A stretch of 64,000 bases of DNA from the human T2T-CHM13v2.0 reference genome, Homo sapiens, in NCBI RefSeq assembly GCF_009914755.1, contig NC_060926.1; one strand, 5' to 3'. Position numbers and translations under genes: made by a program. Below the pieces are notes generated by a model. The model saw nothing but the letters and a program-made list of their open reading frames with translations. It was not told the origin of the DNA and searched no databases. Shown one piece after another: positions 60,217-64,000 of this stretch (within the stretch, counting starts at the first letter, position 1; every line of letters starts with the position of its first letter).

Positions 60217-62045
60217 GAATGTGTGAGAGAGGAAAGGACAGTGCAGGGGGTGTCAGTGTGTAAAAGCCAGGCTGAGGCGACTCCTTGATGGAGACGAAGA
60301 GAACCAAGGGGGCACGCTATTCGGGAGCCTCCTTGGAGGGTCAGATGGGGTGAAGACCATGCACAGACTGTGGGATGGGACCTTAGGCTGTGGGGTGCCC
60401 AGCGAGAGCAGCCTCGGACAAGTAGTGCCCGAAGGCAGCTTTGCACCGGTTCTCCGTCAGCCCTGCCTGGTAATAGCCTCAATATGGTGATTTGATCTCA
60501 AGAAGCTGCCTGGGGGCAGGTGTATCTGAGAGTGACAGGAGCTGGTTAATACTCCGGGTGCAGGCAGAGGTCCCAGCAGGGACAGCTGACAGAGCTGTGG
60601 CCAGGCTCCTTCTCACTTTCCCTTTAGTGCAGTGCTGTGGGAAGGGAACATGAGCACGTGGAGGGGCCTGGTGCGTGCCAGCCAGTGGGCAGCTGCACCT
60701 CCTTCCTGGCTGGCCCCATGCAGCCTATGGGCGGGTTCCCAAAGAGGAGCCAGCACTGAGAGGACACTCACGTGTCTTCACTTGACAGTTCTCTTCTCAG
60801 AGCTCTTGTTTGTGCAATGGAAGGCAATGCTGTGCATCGAGGCCCTGATAGGTTCTTAGTTATTCTGGTGTTTACTTTTCAAAGGTCTCGTATTTTTAAC
60901 TAGGAAATCCCGCTCCAGTGTTTTTCTGCTCACCTCTGGTCAGGACGGGAAGCACCGAGCAGATGTTTAACCTTGAAAATGGGTGAATACACAGGAGCAC
61001 AACATCAGGGAATGGCCCTACAGGATCAGCAGGGGGCCCTTGGGAAGGGGAGGCCTGTCTCGTAAGTAAAAGTCTGGGAAGACATTTCAGCGGAATTTGC
61101 TAGGGCGGGTAGACATGGCGTTTTCCACTCTGGTACGTGTTGCCCTGGGAGAGCTTGGACAAGACCCGAAGGCTGAGAGGTGAGCCTCACCGTCCTTCGC
61201 AGCAGCTTTGGGGGTGTGGCTCAGGCCTCCCGGGCTGCTTCCCCTCCTTTTCTAGACGGACTTGGCGGTGCGGATCCCTGGGTGCCTTCTCTCTGCACCC
61301 CTCCCACATGAACCTGGTTGACTGAACAGCAAGGACATCTTTGAGGGGAAGGAAGCCTGGCCCCTCTGAAGGAGTCGCTACTACAGGCCTCCAGTCTCCT
61401 TGAGGGCAGGGGCCAGCATGGTTGTCCTGCACTGAGCGCTGGCTCCTGAAAGGCCGCGCAGCCATGGAGAGTGTGTATGGAAAGGCAGCCTGGGCCAGGC
61501 CTCTGTCGCTGCCTTGGTGACTGATTTTCGCAGAGCCTCCTGGTTCCTTCTCCCCAGCCCGTGGGGGATGGACAGGCTGTCTCAAAGCCTTCCTGTGGTC
61601 TTAGGGATTCTTGGAACTCCTTAGCAGAACTGACTCTGAGATGTGTGAAGGTGCTAGAATTTCCAGAGGTACCCGGCTGGCCCTCGGCTGAGGGGGTGGG
61701 AAGCAGCTGTCTGGCCGGTAGCTGCCATTTGCTCCAACCTGCTGCACTACAGCTCTCAGCCCCTGTGTCTGCTGCCACGCCTGCCCTGCGCCTCGCTTAC
61801 CCCTCTCCTCTCACCAGAATGTACTGTCGTGGAGAGGGTCAGAAGCTCCATAAAGGGCCCCTGGCTTATGTCGTAGGCTAGAGCCTGGACTCCTTACTTC
61901 TGTGCTTATTCCACTGTTAGATGATTTTCTTTTTTTTTTTTTTTATTTTGTTATTAGTGTTTATTATTTTTCCGTAGCCATAAAAGAGATACATCTCATT
62001 GCTGGAACTTGTCTCTATTAAAAACAAAACAAAACAAAAACCTTA

Positions 62046-62417
<372 letters not shown>

Positions 62418-62771
62418 TCAGATTCCCTGCTGATAAGAAATTAAATCCTTATCCCCATCATCCTTTCGGAGTCTCTCAGAGAATCTGCACCAGGACAAGG
62501 GCTGGGCAGTGCTGTGCGCCTCTGCGGGAAGGTGAGCCCAGAGGCTGGGTGTACAGCTGCTAGTTTGTTTTGCTGGGGGTTAAACTTGGTGTTGCTGGAG
62601 CATTCCCCAGAGGTTACGATCAGAATTGCTTCCATGCTGCAGGGCTGATTTACTGTGAAGGGGTAGGGTTGTTGCAGGACTGGTTTCCCAGGCTCTCTGG
62701 AACGCCTGGTCTCTGGCCAGGAGGCAGCCTGGAGCCTCAGTGCAAGGAGGATCCCTCCCCTACCCCAGGTA

Positions 62772-63690
62772 GGGCCACTCCCACACATGTGCACACCCAC
62801 ACTCATACCCCACATAGGCACAGGCAGGCTTACTCCCACCTATGCTCACACACACACTCATACCCCCACAAAGGCACAGGCAGGCGCTTACACACCCCAT
62901 GCGCGCACACACACTCATACCCCCACATAGGCACAGGCAGGCTCTACTCCCACCCGTGCGCACACACACTCATACCCCTCACATAGGCACAGGCAGGTGC
63001 TCACACACACGTGCGCACACACACTCATGCCCCCCACGTAGGCACAGGCAGGCGCTCACACACACATGCGCACACACACTCATACCCCCACATAGGCACA
63101 GGCAGGCTCGCTCTCACCCATGCACGCACACACACACTCATACCCCCCACAAAGGCACAGGCAGGCACTCACACACACATGCGTGCACACACATACACAC
63201 TCATACCCCCACATAGGTACAGGCAGGCGCTCACTCACACATGCGCACACACACTCATACCCCCACATAGGCACAGGCAGGCGCTCACACACACATGCGT
63301 GCACACACACACACACACTCATACCCCCACATAGGCACAGGCAGGCGCTCACACACACATGCGTGCACACACACACACACACTCATACCCCCACATAGGC
63401 ACAGGCAGGCGCTCACACACACATGCGCACACACACACACACTCATACCCGCACATAGGCACAGGCAGGCTCACTCCCACCCATGCTCACACACCCACAC
63501 TCATACTCCCCACAAAGGCACAGGCAGGCTCGCTCTCACCCATGCACGCACACACACACTCATACCCCCCACAAAGGCACAGGCAGGTGCTCTCACACAC
63601 TTGCACACACACACACTCCTACCTCCCAGATGCACAGGCAGGGCCACTCACACATGTTCACACCCACCTGCTAACCCCCCATGTGCACAC
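62772..63690. repeat. Minisatellite/VNTR, ~15 copies of a ~55-65-bp unit, in CNNM4 intron 1
   Basis: Recurrent core CACACTCATACCCCCACATAGGCACAGGCAGG with variable (CA)n/TGCG spacers. Confidence 0.95.
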
Positions 63691-64000
63691 ACAGGCTCGC
63701 AAACGCCCACATTTATGCATACATGGACTGTCACCAGGAGTCCTGCCTTAAACCGAAACCTATTTCTCATGAAACTTTCCCAAGAGTTAGAAGTCAGTTT
63801 CAAAAATTAGTAAATGCTTGTACAGTGTGATTTATTTCATGAAATGCTCAAAATAGTGACTTTCTCTTCAGCTGCTAGTGATCTGGTCATCCACATTGAA
63901 GACTGTGTCCCCCTCAGACCTCATGGTGAGGACTAAGTGAGGTAAGGCGTGCAAGGTGCCGAGCCCTGTGCCCGGCACTGCGTAATCATGCTGTAAATAT

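Noticed and set aside
62772-63690. Repeat-spacer appearance reminiscent of a CRISPR array
   Set aside because: The 'spacers' are variants of one another, the context is a eukaryotic intron, and there are no cas genes
62570-63810. His/Thr-rich and Cys/Val-rich ORFs that look metal-binding
   Set aside because: Translations of the CA-rich minisatellite; no splice or promoter support

Overview
Primate (almost certainly human) genomic DNA, very rich in Alus, holding the 5' parts of two divergently transcribed genes. On the minus strand is LMAN2L (VIPL, ER L-type lectin): coding exons 1-6 plus a 33-nt in-frame cassette exon, ATG at 30678, with the last exons beyond the left edge. On the plus strand is CNNM4 (divalent-metal/Mg2+ transporter): a 1402-nt coding first exon from ATG 51638, then intron 1 to the window end. 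Each gene has its own CpG-island promoter, about 21 kb apart. The rest is mostly transposon debris: dozens of Alus (several nested), a fragmented L1M, L2/MIR relics, a CR1/L3 relic, MER1/MER5/Tigger5-type DNA transposons and an MLT1 solo LTR. A ~0.9-kb minisatellite sits in CNNM4 intron 1. Almost all ORFs in the track are Alu- or repeat-derived. I found no convincing new multi-gene system. The best leads are regulatory or splicing hypotheses: an MRE-rich VNTR in a metal-transporter intron, a 12-nt intronic element complementary to an LMAN2L acceptor, and the lectin-loop cassette exon. Repeat subfamily names and boundaries were read by eye and are approximate.
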